The position numbers and the translations under genes are program-made. Under the pieces are notes generated by a model. It saw nothing but the letters and a program-made list of their open reading frames with translations. It was not told the DNA's origin and did not search any database. A stretch of DNA of 64,000 bases from Felis catus (taxonomy: Eukaryota): positions 37,016,001-37,080,000 of the forward strand of contig NC_058368.1 in assembly GCF_018350175.1 (NCBI RefSeq). The letters run 5' to 3'. Positions 11,671-24,570 of the stretch are shown piece after piece (the stretch's first letter is position 1; every line of letters starts with the position of its first letter).

Positions 11671-13924
11671 TGGATGAGGAAGGATTAGTGTAAATAGGGA
11701 GCAAAGAGGAGCTTTCATAAATTGCCATAATGATTTTGGGGCCATGTTGTGGAATTTAATTCACCAATAATACCTAATAATAATTAAAGTATGATATTTT
11801 AAATTTATGAAATAGATTTACATGTTGCTTCTGTTCCTCTAATCTGTTCAATTTCATCTTCCTTCTGACACTTTGGTACCTTCTCTCTGTTCCTCAATTC
11901 ATACTTTTACTTGTTATACCATGATGGATCATTGCCATTATGTTTGCTTAAGATTTTGTCCCTCCATTCCAACTTAACTGGTCTTTTCTACTTGTCTGTA
12001 TCTTGTACCTTTGTATATCCAGTCTCAGTATGACTTTCTTTTGTTTTCTATTTTTCATGCCTTGATTGACTGAACTCATCAATCATGCATGATGACCTCC
12101 TGGTTTTTCTAGGTCTTCTGAGCTTTGGCACAGGAGCCATGCCAGCTGAAACCCATACGTGCATGACTAGACTGTCACTAATATTAGACATTCCACAGTG
12201 TTTAATAACTCTAGGTAAGCATATTGTAACCTTCCCCAAAGTCAAATATCTCTAAACATGGTAATGAGAATCCTCACCTTAATGCCGTTTCAGTTCCTAT
12301 TTGCAAATTAAAGCTAGTCAATTGTGCCTTCCTTCAGAAGTTGACATAGAGAAGTCAAATTTTTATCAAGGAAGAAGTTGGAGAGGGTTTGGAGACATGA
12401 CTCTGTTTTTTCTCTGATACCTCCATATCCTTACTTGCAAAGTGAAAAAATAATTATTTTTAAGAAACTTGTGATAAAGTTAAACCATAATTAACTAATA
12501 ATTAATAATTATTATCTGTAAGTTGAATGAATTGGATATTTTGTGTTAGGTATGGCAATTCATATCATATTGGCACTGTTTCTTTGCTTTTAAAGCTTCT
12601 AACTTTGTTTACATTTTCTTTGCCGGTCAGTGCATGTTGACATATCATGCCATGTAAGTGTTAAATAAGTGGCATAAGCTAAATACAATGAAAGTGAGAA
12701 TCGATTTACTTTTACTGAAAGTGTTAGGTCATGTGACAGACATTACTGGTAAGTAAAATAAAAAGAGATCATGTTCTTCCTCAAATTCATGCAATATTGT
12801 GCTGATTTTGAAATAGTCCATGAAAACAATAGCTTGTTTATATAGCAGGTCACTTAATATAAAACAGTGTCACATGTATACTATCTCACCCTCAAAATGA
12901 CCATTTGAGATTAATATGATTTTATAAATGTGTAGACGAAGACTCATTGTGGTTCTATTATATGTCTGAAATCACACTGTAAGTAACAAAGTGAGAAGTA
13001 AAAGCAAGGTTTCCTTTGTGCAATTTCTCTGGTCTATGGAATGTTTTCTCGCATGGCTGAGGAAAGAATAGAGTCATAAGCATACATCAATCCTGAATAA
13101 GGAGGGTATTCCTAACCGGGGGACAGGGAAGACATGCTCATTTGTGATGTAAGTGTTCAGAGACCAGCTTGCAAAAAATTTTTTTTTAACTCCAGACATG
13201 ATTTATCCGAATAGATTAACTAATAGAGGGCCTACTATTTAATTCTCCTTTGCTCTATATTGCATGAGTAAATGTGTGATAGAACAGTTCCACATCAGTG
13301 TTCTCAGCTGATGCTAACATGGAATGCTTGTATTTGACAAGCGGACCGCTGTGTCACCCTGCCAAAAAGCAATAATGAGAGTCTCTTTCTAATTTTCAAG
13401 AAGGTTAATTTTCTTAGTTATGAAGAAGTTATTTCTTATTTGGAAGCATTCATAGATAATAAATTAATTGTCCAAGTTTTCTTTTTACTTCAGTGTTTTC
13501 TGTAAACTTTTGCTGTGACTTATCTGCTAATGAATGTTAATGAATGGCAAAAAAAGAAATGAAAACAAATAAAAAAAGGAACATTAATATTAACAATTTA
13601 GGAACAGCTGATCACTGCCAAAACTGCTTTTTGTCTTTGATGGACAAGATTGCTTGCAGTTGTGATTTTATATTGCATATTAATAACAGTTGAATGTCCT
13701 AGTGCAAAAATTATTCTTTTTCTTACTAAGTCATTCTAACTTCATGTGGTATTCTTCAAAAGATATGATGAACTATAAGAAGTAACATTATTTTAGGAAC
13801 TTTACCATCTCAGCCTTGGATCATAGTTTTTATGAATTCAAGTATAATTATAATCTTAGAATATTGTATCTTAGGGCAGTTAGTTATTATACAGCTGGCT
13901 TTGAATGCCTTAGGGAAATGATCT

Positions 13925-14803
13925 AAATTGCTTCTATTATTTTTTGTTGCTGCATAACAAATAGTCCCCAAATTTCATTGCATAAAACAGAAGTAATTTT
14001 ATTATTGTAGGAGATTTAAGGGATTGGGGGGGCTGATCCAAGGGATAACATACGACCACAAGGTGACAGTAGCCTATATATGCTTTATTGGGCTGTGTTT
14101 TAACAGGTTTGCATGTGGGGGAAATCTCCCACAGCAAGAGTCTGTCCAGAGGCTCCTGAGGGGGTTTACTTGTCTAGGGTATCTAGGTAATCTAAAAGCC
14201 AGCAGTCTTTGCCTCAGAAGGCGCTGAAGAAGAATCTCCGCTTGGGGTCTTTTAACCACTGGCTTATCTTATTTGTGGCTGGCAAATGTTGAGTGAGGCT
14301 TCTCAGGATATGCAAAGCCAAACCCACAGGCCTTAAATGGCTAAAAATCTGCTTGTTTGAGCTATTTCTAAGACAGTAGGATGTGTAAAAATTTGAATTT
14401 GGCATTGGATGCATTTTGAGATAACAGGTCTCAGTCTGCAGCAAAAAATAAACAACGTGGGGGTCAAATCAAAGAGACCATCTTTTAAACTCATTTGCGT
14501 AATAATTATGCTTACAATTCTGTGGGTTTTGTCAGAAATTATTTCAGAATATAGTGACAATGGCTCATGTCTGCCTCTTGTTTTCTGAGGTGTTATCTGG
14601 AATCACTGGGACTCAGGTAATTAGAGATGGTTAGATGAGCCAGCTGGAGCCAGATATCTAGAGCCTCAGTCTGTCTGTTAGCCTGATTTCTGGGTTGTTC
14701 CCAACATGATATGTCCCCGCACTAATATGCCTAAGAAGATGTCTTCACTCACATGCCTGGTGCTTGGACTTGGGTACTTAAAAAACTGAGGGCTAGCCAA
14801 CCA

Positions 14804-14861
<58 letters not shown>

Positions 14862-14890
14862 GGGGAGCATGGTGGCTTCAAGGTAGTATA
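13925..14890. mobile_element. MaLR (MLT1-like) LTR, split by an ERVL solo LTR and containing a (CT)n tract at 14811-14856
   Basis: TTGCTGCATAACAAAT..CCCCAAA start; resumes TTATGCTTACAATTCTGTGGG after 14504; CTTCACTCACATGCCTGGTGCTTGG. Confidence 0.7.
14006..14504 (-). mobile_element. ERVL solo LTR (LTR53/LTR47/MER74-like)
   Basis: About 500 bp with TG...TA termini (one decayed from CA). 5-bp TSD ATTAT at 14001-14005 and 14505-14509. Minus-strand AATAAA near 14085. Confidence 0.7.
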
Positions 14891-15552
14891 TGTGTAGTTA
14901 TATGTATAGTTAAGAAGAAATCTAAATATTCAGATAACTGCACTTTAATTAAGGGTTTTCTTAATTTTCACTTCCATATTGTGCAATGACCACAATTACC
15001 TTCAGAGGACAGGGGAGATACAATGTACTGTGCTAATAACCAGAATAACCCAAAGGTATTCCTGTTTATTTTGGAAATTGTGCTGTTGGCTGAATGAAAA
15101 TAAAATGGGATTAGGGAAATTGTGACTTCTTTAGAATGGAGAGTATTTGTAATTGAGTATTATTCATATTTGGTATTATTCATTTTGGATATATTTCCAA
15201 TTACTATCTCTTTGGGCTTTCTTATTTCTGTGGAGATTCATTAAAGGCAAAACTATTAAATAGAAGATTAATATCAAGATTTATTAGAAATCCTAAAAAT
15301 TTTCTTTCACCTTGGTATGCATGGAAATGCCTACCACAGGCACATAAAAGGACATAAGTGAATTATCACAAATGAGAAGTAAAGCCAAATGAGTGATAGA
15401 AAAATTAAATGAGAAATTTTACAACTGTTTAAATAAACTCTAAGCTTCCTTCTAGATACATATACATCAGTTTGCCATGTGTTGTGTTGTACCTTGAAAA
15501 TATACTAGACAGTTTTAAAACTAAAAAAAAATAGCATTTAAAATAAAACAGG

Positions 15553-15776
15553 AGGGTCCCCTGGGTGGCTCAGTCAGTTGAGCATCCGACTTCAGCTCAG
15601 GTCATGATCCCACAGTTTGTGGGTTCGAGCCCCACATCGGGCTCTGTGCTGACAGCTCAGAGCCTGGAGCCTGCTTCCGATTCTGTCTCTCTCTCTCTGT
15701 TTCTCTGCCCTCCCCTCCTCACACTCTGTTTGTGTCTCTGTCTCTCAAAAATAAATAAACATTTAAAATTTTTTTT
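15553..15776 (+). mobile_element. CanSINE (SINEC_Fc-type)
   Basis: TSD AATAAAACAGG at 15542-15552 and 15777-15787. Confidence 0.97.
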
Positions 15777-15882
15777 AATAAAACAGGGTATACAATATTG
15801 AGTGTTCAGGCAAATATGAAAAGATGTGGCATGGCATTTCTTAAAAAAAAAGTAGGATTTAGTTAAGAATAAATTTAATCTT

Positions 15883-16095
15883 GGGGCACCTGGGTGGCTC
15901 AGTCAGTTAAGTGTCCAACTTAGGCTCAGGTCATGACCTCGTGGTTCATGGATTCGAGCTCTGCATCGGGCTCTGTGCAGACAACTCAACCCTGGAGCCT
16001 GCTTCAGATTCTGTGTCTCCCTGTCTCTGCCCCTCACCTGCTCACATATGTCTCTCTCTCCCTCTATTCAAAAATAAATAAAGACATTTAAAAAA
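15883..16095 (+). mobile_element. CanSINE (SINEC_Fc-type)
   Basis: GGGGCACCTGGGTGGCTCAG head; degenerate TSD AAGAAT.AATTT..TCTT. Confidence 0.96.
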
Positions 16096-16191
16096 AAGAA
16101 TTAATTTTGTCTTGCAAAATGATCAATAATATTTTCTTCTTAACTATTCCTTTGCTGATTTGGGCAAGTGTGACTAAGAATAATCTGCATA

Positions 16192-16335
16192 TCGTCGGGC
16201 TCTGGGCTGATGGCTCAGGGCCTGGAGCCTGTTTCCGATTCTGTGTCTCCCTCTCTCTCTGCCCCTCCCCCGTTCATGCTCTGTCTCTCTCTGTCCCAAA
16301 AATAAATAAACGTTGAAAAAAGAAAATTTAAAAAA
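16192..16335 (+). mobile_element. 5'-truncated young CanSINE
   Basis: Starts mid-element (CGTCGGGCTCTGGGCTGATGGCTCAG) with CpGs retained. Perfect 16-bp TSD AAGAATAATCTGCATA at 16176-16191 and 16336-16351. Confidence 0.96.
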
Positions 16336-16639
16336 AAGAATAATCTGCATAAAAAATAGAAATTAATGTTGACGCCCAGAATAATGGGTAAAACCAAAAA
16401 AGACCCTATTCCTTCATATTAGTTGTGTGGAGATGTGCAGCTGTATCTAAAAATGTTAACCTTCATGAATGTATGTATTTAACAAGTTACCGATGATATG
16501 CATTTTAGCCAGGATTATCCAAAAGTGTGTGTGCAGATGTGTATGTGTAGGTATAGGTGTGTGTGTACTCTCAGAAAACATAATGAACAAAATAAGTATT
16601 GAAAGAAATAGAATGAAATTACATAAGAAGAAGGTGTGA

Positions 16640-16966
16640 TATGGGAGAAACTTAGACTGAATGATCTAGATGTGAGTATACGTATGCTCTGTCACTTGCT
16701 GACATATGTTCTTAGATATGCTAACTCCCCCAGCTTTTTTTAAGTGTGTATTTAAATTCCAGTTGGTTAACATTCATTGTAATATTAGTTTCAGGCATAC
16801 AATGTAGCGATTCAACACTTCCATAGAACACCAGGTGCTCATTATGACAAGTGCACTCCTTAATTCCCATCACCTGTTTCACCCGTTTCCCCCCCTCCCC
16901 CCCCCACTGTCCTTCCCTCTGGTAACCATCAGTTGTTCTCTATAGTTAAGAGTCTGTTTCTTGGCT

Positions 16967-17018
<52 letters not shown>

Positions 17019-17445
17019 CCCCCCCTCTTCCCTTTGCTCATTTGTTTTGTTTCTTAAATTCCACATGAGTGAAGTCATATGCTATTTGTCTTTCTCTGAC
17101 TTATTTAGCTTAGCATAATACTCTCTAGCTTCATTGATGTTGTTGCAGATGGCAAGATTTCATTCTTTTTATGGCTGAATAATATTCCATTACACACACA
17201 CACACACATACACACAGACCCCACATCTTCTTTATCCATTCATTTATCACTGGACACTTGGGCTCTTTTCATAATTTGGCTATCGTGGATGCTGCTGCTA
17301 TAAGCATTGGGGTGCATGTATCCTTTTCAATTAGTATTTTTGTATTCTTTGGGTAAATGCTGAGAACACCCCCCAGCCTTCAGTTTCTCTGTTTTTAAAA
17401 TGGAGATAACAATCCATTACAGAGTTGTGATAAGGATTCAATGAC
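16640..17445 (+). mobile_element. MIR split by an L1 insertion (halves about 16640-16734 and 17370-17445)
   Basis: CTCTGTCACTTGCTG... on the left; CAGTTTCTCT..AAAATGGAGATAA..AGAGTTGT..GGATT core on the right. Confidence 0.65.
16735..17369 (-). mobile_element. 5'-truncated carnivore L1 (3' end, about 630 bp) with internal (CT)n and (CA)n tracts
   Basis: Matches the 3' ends at 39281-39770 and 50113-50640. TSD CCCCCAGC at about 16727-16734 and 17370-17377. Confidence 0.93.
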
Positions 17446-18440
17446 TAAGGACACCGGAAATTTTTTTAAATCTCTGGAGCCCTTATCAAAATTTTGGTAT
17501 GGAATTCGATTTAAACTTTCACCCACTGTATAGAACAGTAGTGGTGTCTATAGCAGACGCTGCTGAGAAACTGAGTTTGCATTAGTATGTTAACACAAGA
17601 AACATCAGTGTATCAGTCAATTTTCTTGTTACTGAGAGTTCATAATGCTGGTTTCTATTAGGAGAGTACTGTTTCAAGGCTGAGGGAAAAGCCTTTATTT
17701 TCTATATGTATATAGCTGTTATCTTAATAAAATTGTTATTGCATTGGGTTATTTGCATTGATTCAGGTTGCCTAGAATTTCCATTATGTAAATTTAGACG
17801 CCACACGAAATACTTTGTATGGCAATTGCTTTCTCATTGTAAAAGTTTGTCTCGTTTTAATGCCCCTCCCCAAGTTTCAATTTTTTTTTCTTTTATTAAC
17901 TTTATACACTTGCAGTTTGTTACTTAAACAATACCTGGGGTTAGAATCACATATATCAGTGACTCACCTGTTTTTTTTGATCTGGACAAAAGATAAATCA
18001 TTTGATTCTTCTAGAGACTTGGCAAATTTATTAAAGCTCAGCTTATGAAATTACTTGGCTAATATATCTCTGCAAAAAGACAATCAAGTAAGTTAATATT
18101 AAACTCAAAGACTGGAAAATTCTTTTCTCTTAGACAAAAGAGAAATAAAGATCATGATGTAATTTGTTCTTCCCAGGAACAAGGAGATGCATTACCTTCT
18201 AAACCTGTTTCCAATGAATTTCTAGTTGCTTTATTTTCTTATTGAATGTATTGAATATGGCTTAGTAGAAATGATCTGCACTCGCTTCTAGATGAAGGAA
18301 GGTAAAATGATTGAGAATCACAGAATTTTTAGAGAGAACTTTAGAAATCCAGTATTTCTCAGACTTATTTTAAACTTCATCAGAAGCCATTCCTCCAATG
18401 AAATCGTATATTGTATATTTGGAAAACAGAGGTGCTCTAT

Positions 18441-18770
18441 CAGTGCTTCTTGAACTTTAATGGAATCACCTGAGAACATTGTTAAAATGTCGATTGTAGT
18501 CTGGAGTGGGGCCCAAGATTCTGCCTTTCTAACCAGCTCCCAGTGGCTGCTGCTGCTGCAGGTGGTGGACTGCAAGTGAGCAGCTAAGGCTGTAGTTGAT
18601 AGGTTCTAAATTTAGCTGAACGTTGGACACACGTTAGAAATACTGATGCCATATCCCTCCCCTCTTCCATCTGGGATTCTGATTTAATTCATATGTGTGT
18701 ATCCCGGGTATTAAGATTTTAAAAGCTCCCGGGGCTATTCTAATGTGCAGCCAAGTTTGAGAACAACTGC
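18441..18770. mobile_element. Adjacent hAT-Charlie MITEs: MER5A-like (about 18441-18590) and MER5B-like (about 18595-18770)
   Basis: CAGTGCTTCT..GAATCACCTG..TTGTTAAAA; GATTCTGATTTAATT..AAAAGCTCCC..TTCTAATGTGCAGCCAAGTTTGAGAACAACTG. Confidence 0.8.
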
Positions 18771-18781
18771 TTTAGTACAAA

Positions 18782-18782
<1 letters not shown>

Positions 18783-18830
<48 letters not shown>
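18783..18830. repeat. (TG)24 microsatellite
   Basis: Perfect dinucleotide run. Confidence 0.99.
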
Positions 18831-18832
<2 letters not shown>

Positions 18833-18959
18833 GGGAGAAGCAGGTGTTATAGATCGTGTTTATCTTTCCTGGAATCTCTCTCCTACACTATGATAAAAAT
18901 ATACCGAAAATCAGACTGTGACTAAAACTATTCAGAACTTTTTGATACAAATACATTTA

Positions 18960-20500
18960 AAAATGCATTGTGAGTAGAATTTTTGTTCTGTATTTCATTT
19001 GACTTAATAATACACCGTAGGTGAACAGACACAGAATAGCACCATCATTTTTTATGATTGTGAAATATGAATGTTCTATGGTTTGTTTTACTAATCCTAT
19101 AATATTAGGCATTTAGGATAGTTTTTAAATATTAATGAGTAGAGTGATGAATATTACTCATCAAATATCTTAGCACACTTTTCTTATTCCCTTAGAATAG
19201 TAGAGTACCAAGGTTAGGCAGTAGAGGCAGTCCAACTTGGTGCGGAGGAGTACTTAAATCACTGATATTGTTTCAAACTGTCTGTGCATGGTGATAATAA
19301 AAGCAAACTGGCTTTTAGTCAGCTTTATTACTGTAACAAATTCTCCATACACAATGCCCCTCCTTATTGCCTGCACCCTGGGCATACTGTTCCCACCACC
19401 ATGCCTTTGGAATGAGTTCTAAGCCAATGCCTCATAATTAATTTTCACAATCACTGTGTGGAAAGATAGGAGCTTTTCTAGGGTTATAGATATGTATCTG
19501 TATATTGTATGCAAAGGTTATACAATATCTCCAATAGCAAAATCTAAAAATACATACAAGAATGTTTATTTACAACATTTGGTGTTAGTACTTTTAATAT
19601 TTGACAATTTTGCAAAATTTCTATGTATTTTTTTACAAGGGAGACTAAGTATTTGTTATGTCTAGAAACCATTTGTATTTCTTCTTTTGCGATTGATTGC
19701 CTAGTTACTTCCTTTGACTGTTTTTCTAATTGTGTTTATATTTTCTTATTCATATGGAAAACCAGTTTAGTCAAGCTATCTTTTGTTCTCTGTAAAATAT
19801 AAGTAATATATTCAAGTTTGTTTTTTGTCATCTTAATTTGTTTTTGAGGTTTTTTTTTTTAGGTGTGAAAGTTTACATTTTTATGTAGTCTGATCCAAAC
19901 CACCTAAGTTTTTACCCAGAATTCTTAATGTTTATATTTTCCTTTACTTTTTTAATTCATCTAAAATAATTTTGTTGATTAGCACTATATGGAGAAGTAA
20001 TTTATTATTTTGTTCCCAAATGTTTAGTTGACAAAATAACCATTGACTGCTTTATTCATCCATTACCCAGTAAGCTGATATCGTGCTTTATTACGGAACA
20101 CATTAAAATATACATGTGTATGTTCCTGAATTATCTCTTCTGTTCTCTTTTTTTATCAATTTCTTGTACCAGTATTATGTTTCATTTCTTTTAGCTTTAG
20201 AATACCCTTTAATATTTAGCAACAAAATTCATCTTTTCAGATAACCGTGTCCCCTGTGATCATTTTTTCAGAAAAATGCGGAATACTCTTTTCAGTTTAA
20301 ATAATACCATTTTGTGACTTTTATTTATAATCACTACATTTTTAAAGTAGTATGTGTGGACATTGGCAACTGTGTAGCCAAAGTCTTTCCAACCAGTAAC
20401 ATTTTATACATTTCATTTATTTAAGAATTATTTTCTGATATTCAGGAGAATTAATTTTGTTTTTTTACATTTATGCTTATGTATTCTTAATTATATATAT
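18960..20500 (-). mobile_element. Very old L1 (L1ME-like) ORF2 3' remnant
   Basis: Degenerate antisense ORF2 segments such as CCATTTGTATTTCTTCTTTTG, TTTTATGTAGTC and CTTGTACCAGTATTATG. Confidence 0.55.
19198..19420. mobile_element. Short hAT (MER97-like) MITE inserted in the old L1
   Basis: Imperfect terminal inverted repeats TACCAAGG..GGCAG..GGTGC and GCACC..CTGTTCCCACCACC..CCTTTGGAATG. Confidence 0.55.
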
Positions 20501-20536
20501 GTAAGATTGTATATGTTTATATATGTGGATTTGATA

Positions 20537-20538
<2 letters not shown>

Positions 20539-20578
<40 letters not shown>

Positions 20579-20596
20579 TGTGTCTGTGTCTGTGTG
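20539..20596. repeat. (TG)n microsatellite grading into (TCTGTG)n
   Basis: Directly visible. Confidence 0.98.
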
Positions 20597-20834
20597 AGGT
20601 GTTGCTGTCTGGTATATGATAGCCTTCTAAAAAACATCAGGAAACCACACCTCTCTTGTTTTCATTTCCCTGGAGCTATCTAATAACCCTAGTCCCAAAC
20701 TCTGTATAAGACATAGAAGAATAAAAATCAAATCATTTTAAGAACAAAATATATACATGCCATAGAGATGAGGAAATTGAAATCCGGAGATGCTGTCTTG
20801 CTTAAAATCATAACATTAATGAGTATCAAAACTA

Positions 20835-20942
20835 GGGGTGCCTGGCTATCTCAGAAAAGCATGTGACTCTTGATCTCGAGGGTCAGGAGTTCAAGCCTCA
20901 TGTTGGGCATAGAGATTACTTAAGTAAGCAAAACTTAAACAA
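20835..20942 (+). mobile_element. Short old tRNA-like CanSINE (SINEC_old-type) inside a MIR remnant
   Basis: GGGGTGCCTGGCT..GACTCTTGATCTC..GAGTTCAAGCC..AGAGATTACTTAA; TSD AAAACTA. Confidence 0.85.
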
Positions 20943-21829
20943 AAAACTAAGAATAGAATTAAAGTCAAGGGACTGCATCATACTAACTGCAAAGAACTTG
21001 TAATCTAGTTGCAAACACAATGAACACAAATGAAAGATTCAGGCAAAACCCTACGACAGCGTGAAAGATAAATAGATATAATAGGAATTCAGAATCACTG
21101 AACTTAGAAATGTATATCAAGATATTAGTTATCATTTACTAAGTCAATGTATTTGTCCACAGTTCATTATAATAGTAAGCAGAACTGTGAGGGTGTGCTC
21201 GGTCAGTTCTGTTTTGTGACAAAGCACCAAGGTCAATTTTTATCAACAAAGGAGTGAAATAGATCTGTCTAATAGCCAGTTTAATGTGCTCTATTTTATT
21301 CAGCTGTGCTTGGGAATACAAATACAAACCTGGAGGGATCTCCTGGAAACTCTTCCAGCCTAGCAGTCTGTGAACAATATAAAAGGACCTTGAAACACGT
21401 ATTCAATAATTTTATATTAAAGAGAGATAATTTCACTGTATTTTTTTAGTCCATTTCTCTGTGTGTGTCCGGACACACACAGATCACTGCCACCACCACA
21501 CGTGCCCACCAATTGCAGATTCAGGATCATTAAATGTTGAGTTTTGTATCTTGCATTGTATTTTCATAACATTCATTTTTTGTTGTTATTTTTAAAATAT
21601 ATTTATACTTACTGTTCATAGCTTCTTATTTGTTACATTCACCTTTTTATATACAATTTTTTTAGAATTTAAAAAATTACAGAATATTGTTTTTACTTGT
21701 TTGGAAGACTTAGCTCCTCATTTTTAGTGCTAATAATAATTTTATTCAAGAATAAAAATAAATTTTTATCCCAAAATAAATAGGAGGAGGGTCTACATTT
21801 TCCAGGTTCACATTTTCCCTCCACCAAAG

Positions 21830-24570
21830 TCAACAAAAAAAGTGTAAAAAATATATGAAGCAATCACTTTTAACAATTAAACCAGAGTCACAAGCAAGCA
21901 AGAAAGAAAGAAAGAAAGAAAGAAAGCCAAAGTCAGCGTAGAACTGTGATTTCCAGTCCTATGGAAAGGAATCCCAAGAAGAACCTAGCAGTCTAGCTGA
22001 GATGAGGGAATGGATACCAAAGTCTGGGGAGGCCAAGATGGCTAAAATTTGGGGCAAAATGGTTTAAAGGAGGGGGATACATGGACAAAGAGCTCTAGAA
22101 GCCCACAGAGGGTTCTTCTATCTTTGGCTGTACACCAGGCTATGCATGAATAGGGTAAAACTTGGCATAGCCAAGAAAAAAAAAGAATTATGGGGAAGAA
22201 AAAGTTACCAGGGAATTGTAAGTCAAATTTCAAGAGCTTACTCAGAGCTATTTGCCTGAGTTTCTGTGCGTCAGAGTAAATACATCTTGATGAAAACCAG
22301 ATATGGAATGGGGATTCCAGAAGTACCATCCCTTCGTAGTGGGGCTAAAATAGTCCTGTAGGAAAGGCGATTATGACTCATCTTTTAAAAGATTAAAAAA
22401 TTAAGATTTTAAAGGATTAAGCTGATTCATAAGTAACTTAATTGCCTACCAGAATGAACTCAAAAAATAAATATACAGCAATATGTAGCATTAAAATCCA
22501 TTAAAAAATTATTAATGTGTGAAGAAACAGGGAATTGTGGTCCATAACCAGTAGAAAAATCTGTCAATAGAAACACAAGTGACAGAAATGATAAAATTAG
22601 CAAAGACATTAAATGAGCTATAAAACATGCTCAATGTATCTGAATTTATAGAAAAATATAAAGCAAAAGAAAATTCTAAAAATGAAACATTAAATTTCTG
22701 AAATGAAATTTTACTAGATTGGTTTAATAGATGATCAGACATTGAATTAAATATAAGAACAATATAAGAATAAAGTATCAGTAAACTTGAATAAATAATA
22801 CAGAATTATATAAAATGCAGCACAGAGAAAAATATTCAGTTATCTATGGGAGTATATCAAGCACTTTAATGTATGAATAATTGGTGTCCCAGGAGGAGAA
22901 AGTGCAGAAAAAAAATTTGAAAAATAGTGGTTGAGTTTTTTCCAAATTTGAAAAAATTAGAAGCCATAGGTCCAAAAGTTTAATGAACTTGAAGTAGGAT
23001 ATTAACAAGGAAGACTTCACCAAGCACATCATTATTAAATTTCTGAAAACCTAGGAAAAACAGAAAATTTTAATGATACCTACATAGGTACAAAAATAGT
23101 TACATAGACTTTTCATCAGAAACTGAGAGCCAAAAGACAAAAGAGTGACAACTTTAAAATGCTGAACAGTAGGAAAGAAAATCTGTCAATGCAGCATTCT
23201 ATGCCAGCAAAATTATCTTTCAAAAATTAAGGTAAAAATAGAGATTTTCTTTTTAGGCAAAAAATTATGAGAGAAGAAAATTATTTTAGATCTAAGCCAA
23301 GAAGTGAAAAATATTTGAAAATGATAAATAAATGCAATTTAAAAAATTGTCTCATGTTTTTTTTTTATTTTTTTTAACATTTATTTTTTTTTTGAGAGAT
23401 GAGAGAGAGAGAGAGAGAGAGAGCAAGGGAGGGGCAGAGAGAGAGGGAGATACAGAATCCAAAGCAGGCTCCAGGCTCCGAGCTGTCAGCACAGAGTCCA
23501 ATGCGGGGGGCTTGAATTCATGAACTGTGAGATCATGACCTGAGCTGCTTAAGTCAGATGCTTAACCAGCTGAGCCACCCAGGGGCCCCCAAAATTGTCT
23601 CATCTTTTAATTTTACACAAAGGTGCTTGACCACTCAAAGCAAACATGGAACATTATGGAGTTCATAATATGTGTCAAAATAAAACAAAGACACAAAAGG
23701 AAAGTGGGATATGAGAATATAAGTTTCTTAAAAATAAATTGGTATAACATAATTGAAAGTAGACTTTAATAATTAAAAATGGATATTATAAACCCTAGAG
23801 AAATCAATAGGAAATAAAAGGCATCAGGAAATAAGTCATAAGTCTATACAACAAAAAGTCATTAAAACTTCACAACTTAAAAAATTCTAGGGAACAGAAA
23901 AAAGGAATAAATACCACATGAGACCATTAGGATCCAAAGACCAAGATGATAGTTTTAAATCAATGATATCAATAATTACATTAAATGTAAATGATCTGAA
24001 CACTCCATTAAAAAATGGATGAACAAATTGGATTAAAAAGAAAAACTGAACTGTGTGCTTTCTGCAAGAAAATAAAAGTACAAATAAAGACACAGGTAAC
24101 TGAAAGAAAAAGTGGAGAAATATATTCCATAGAATTACTAGTCTTTATAAGAAAGCTGGCATAGCTATATTAATATCAGACAAAGTAGACATCAAGATAA
24201 TGAATATTACCAAGATAATGAATATTAAGATAATCATTTCTTAATGATAAAGGGGTGAATCGTCGAGCAGACATGAGTCTAAAATGTGTATGTATCTTCT
24301 AGCACAGCTTGAAAATACATTAAGCAAAAATTGACCTAAGTGAAAAGAAGAAATAGATACAATAAATCCATAGCTTTGGTTGGTGATTTCAGTACTCCTC
24401 GCTTGATGTTCATAGGACAAGAAATAGAAAATTAAAAGGCACAACAAAAAAATTAAACAGTACATTCAATTTAATTTGATTCAGTTCACACGTATACAGC
24501 ATTCTTACCCAACAACTGCAGAATGTGCACAAAAAGAAGATCACATTAAATCCAAAATAAATAAAAGCAA
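21830..24570 (+). mobile_element. Old L1 5' portion (5'UTR, ORF1 remnant, start of ORF2 EN)
   Basis: A-rich ORF1-like stretch (GACTTTTCATCAGAAAC, CCAGCAAAATTATCTTTCAAAAAT) and EN start ATCAATAATTACATTAAATGTAAATG..AACACTCCA at about 23965. Confidence 0.75.
23356..23590 (-). mobile_element. CanSINE inserted in old L1
   Basis: TSD AAAATTGTCTCAT at 23343-23355 and 23591-23603. Confidence 0.96.

Noticed and set aside
20835..20942. tRNA-like sequence with B-box
   Set aside because: Decayed A-box, SINE-type tail and TSD indicate an old CanSINE rather than a tRNA gene.
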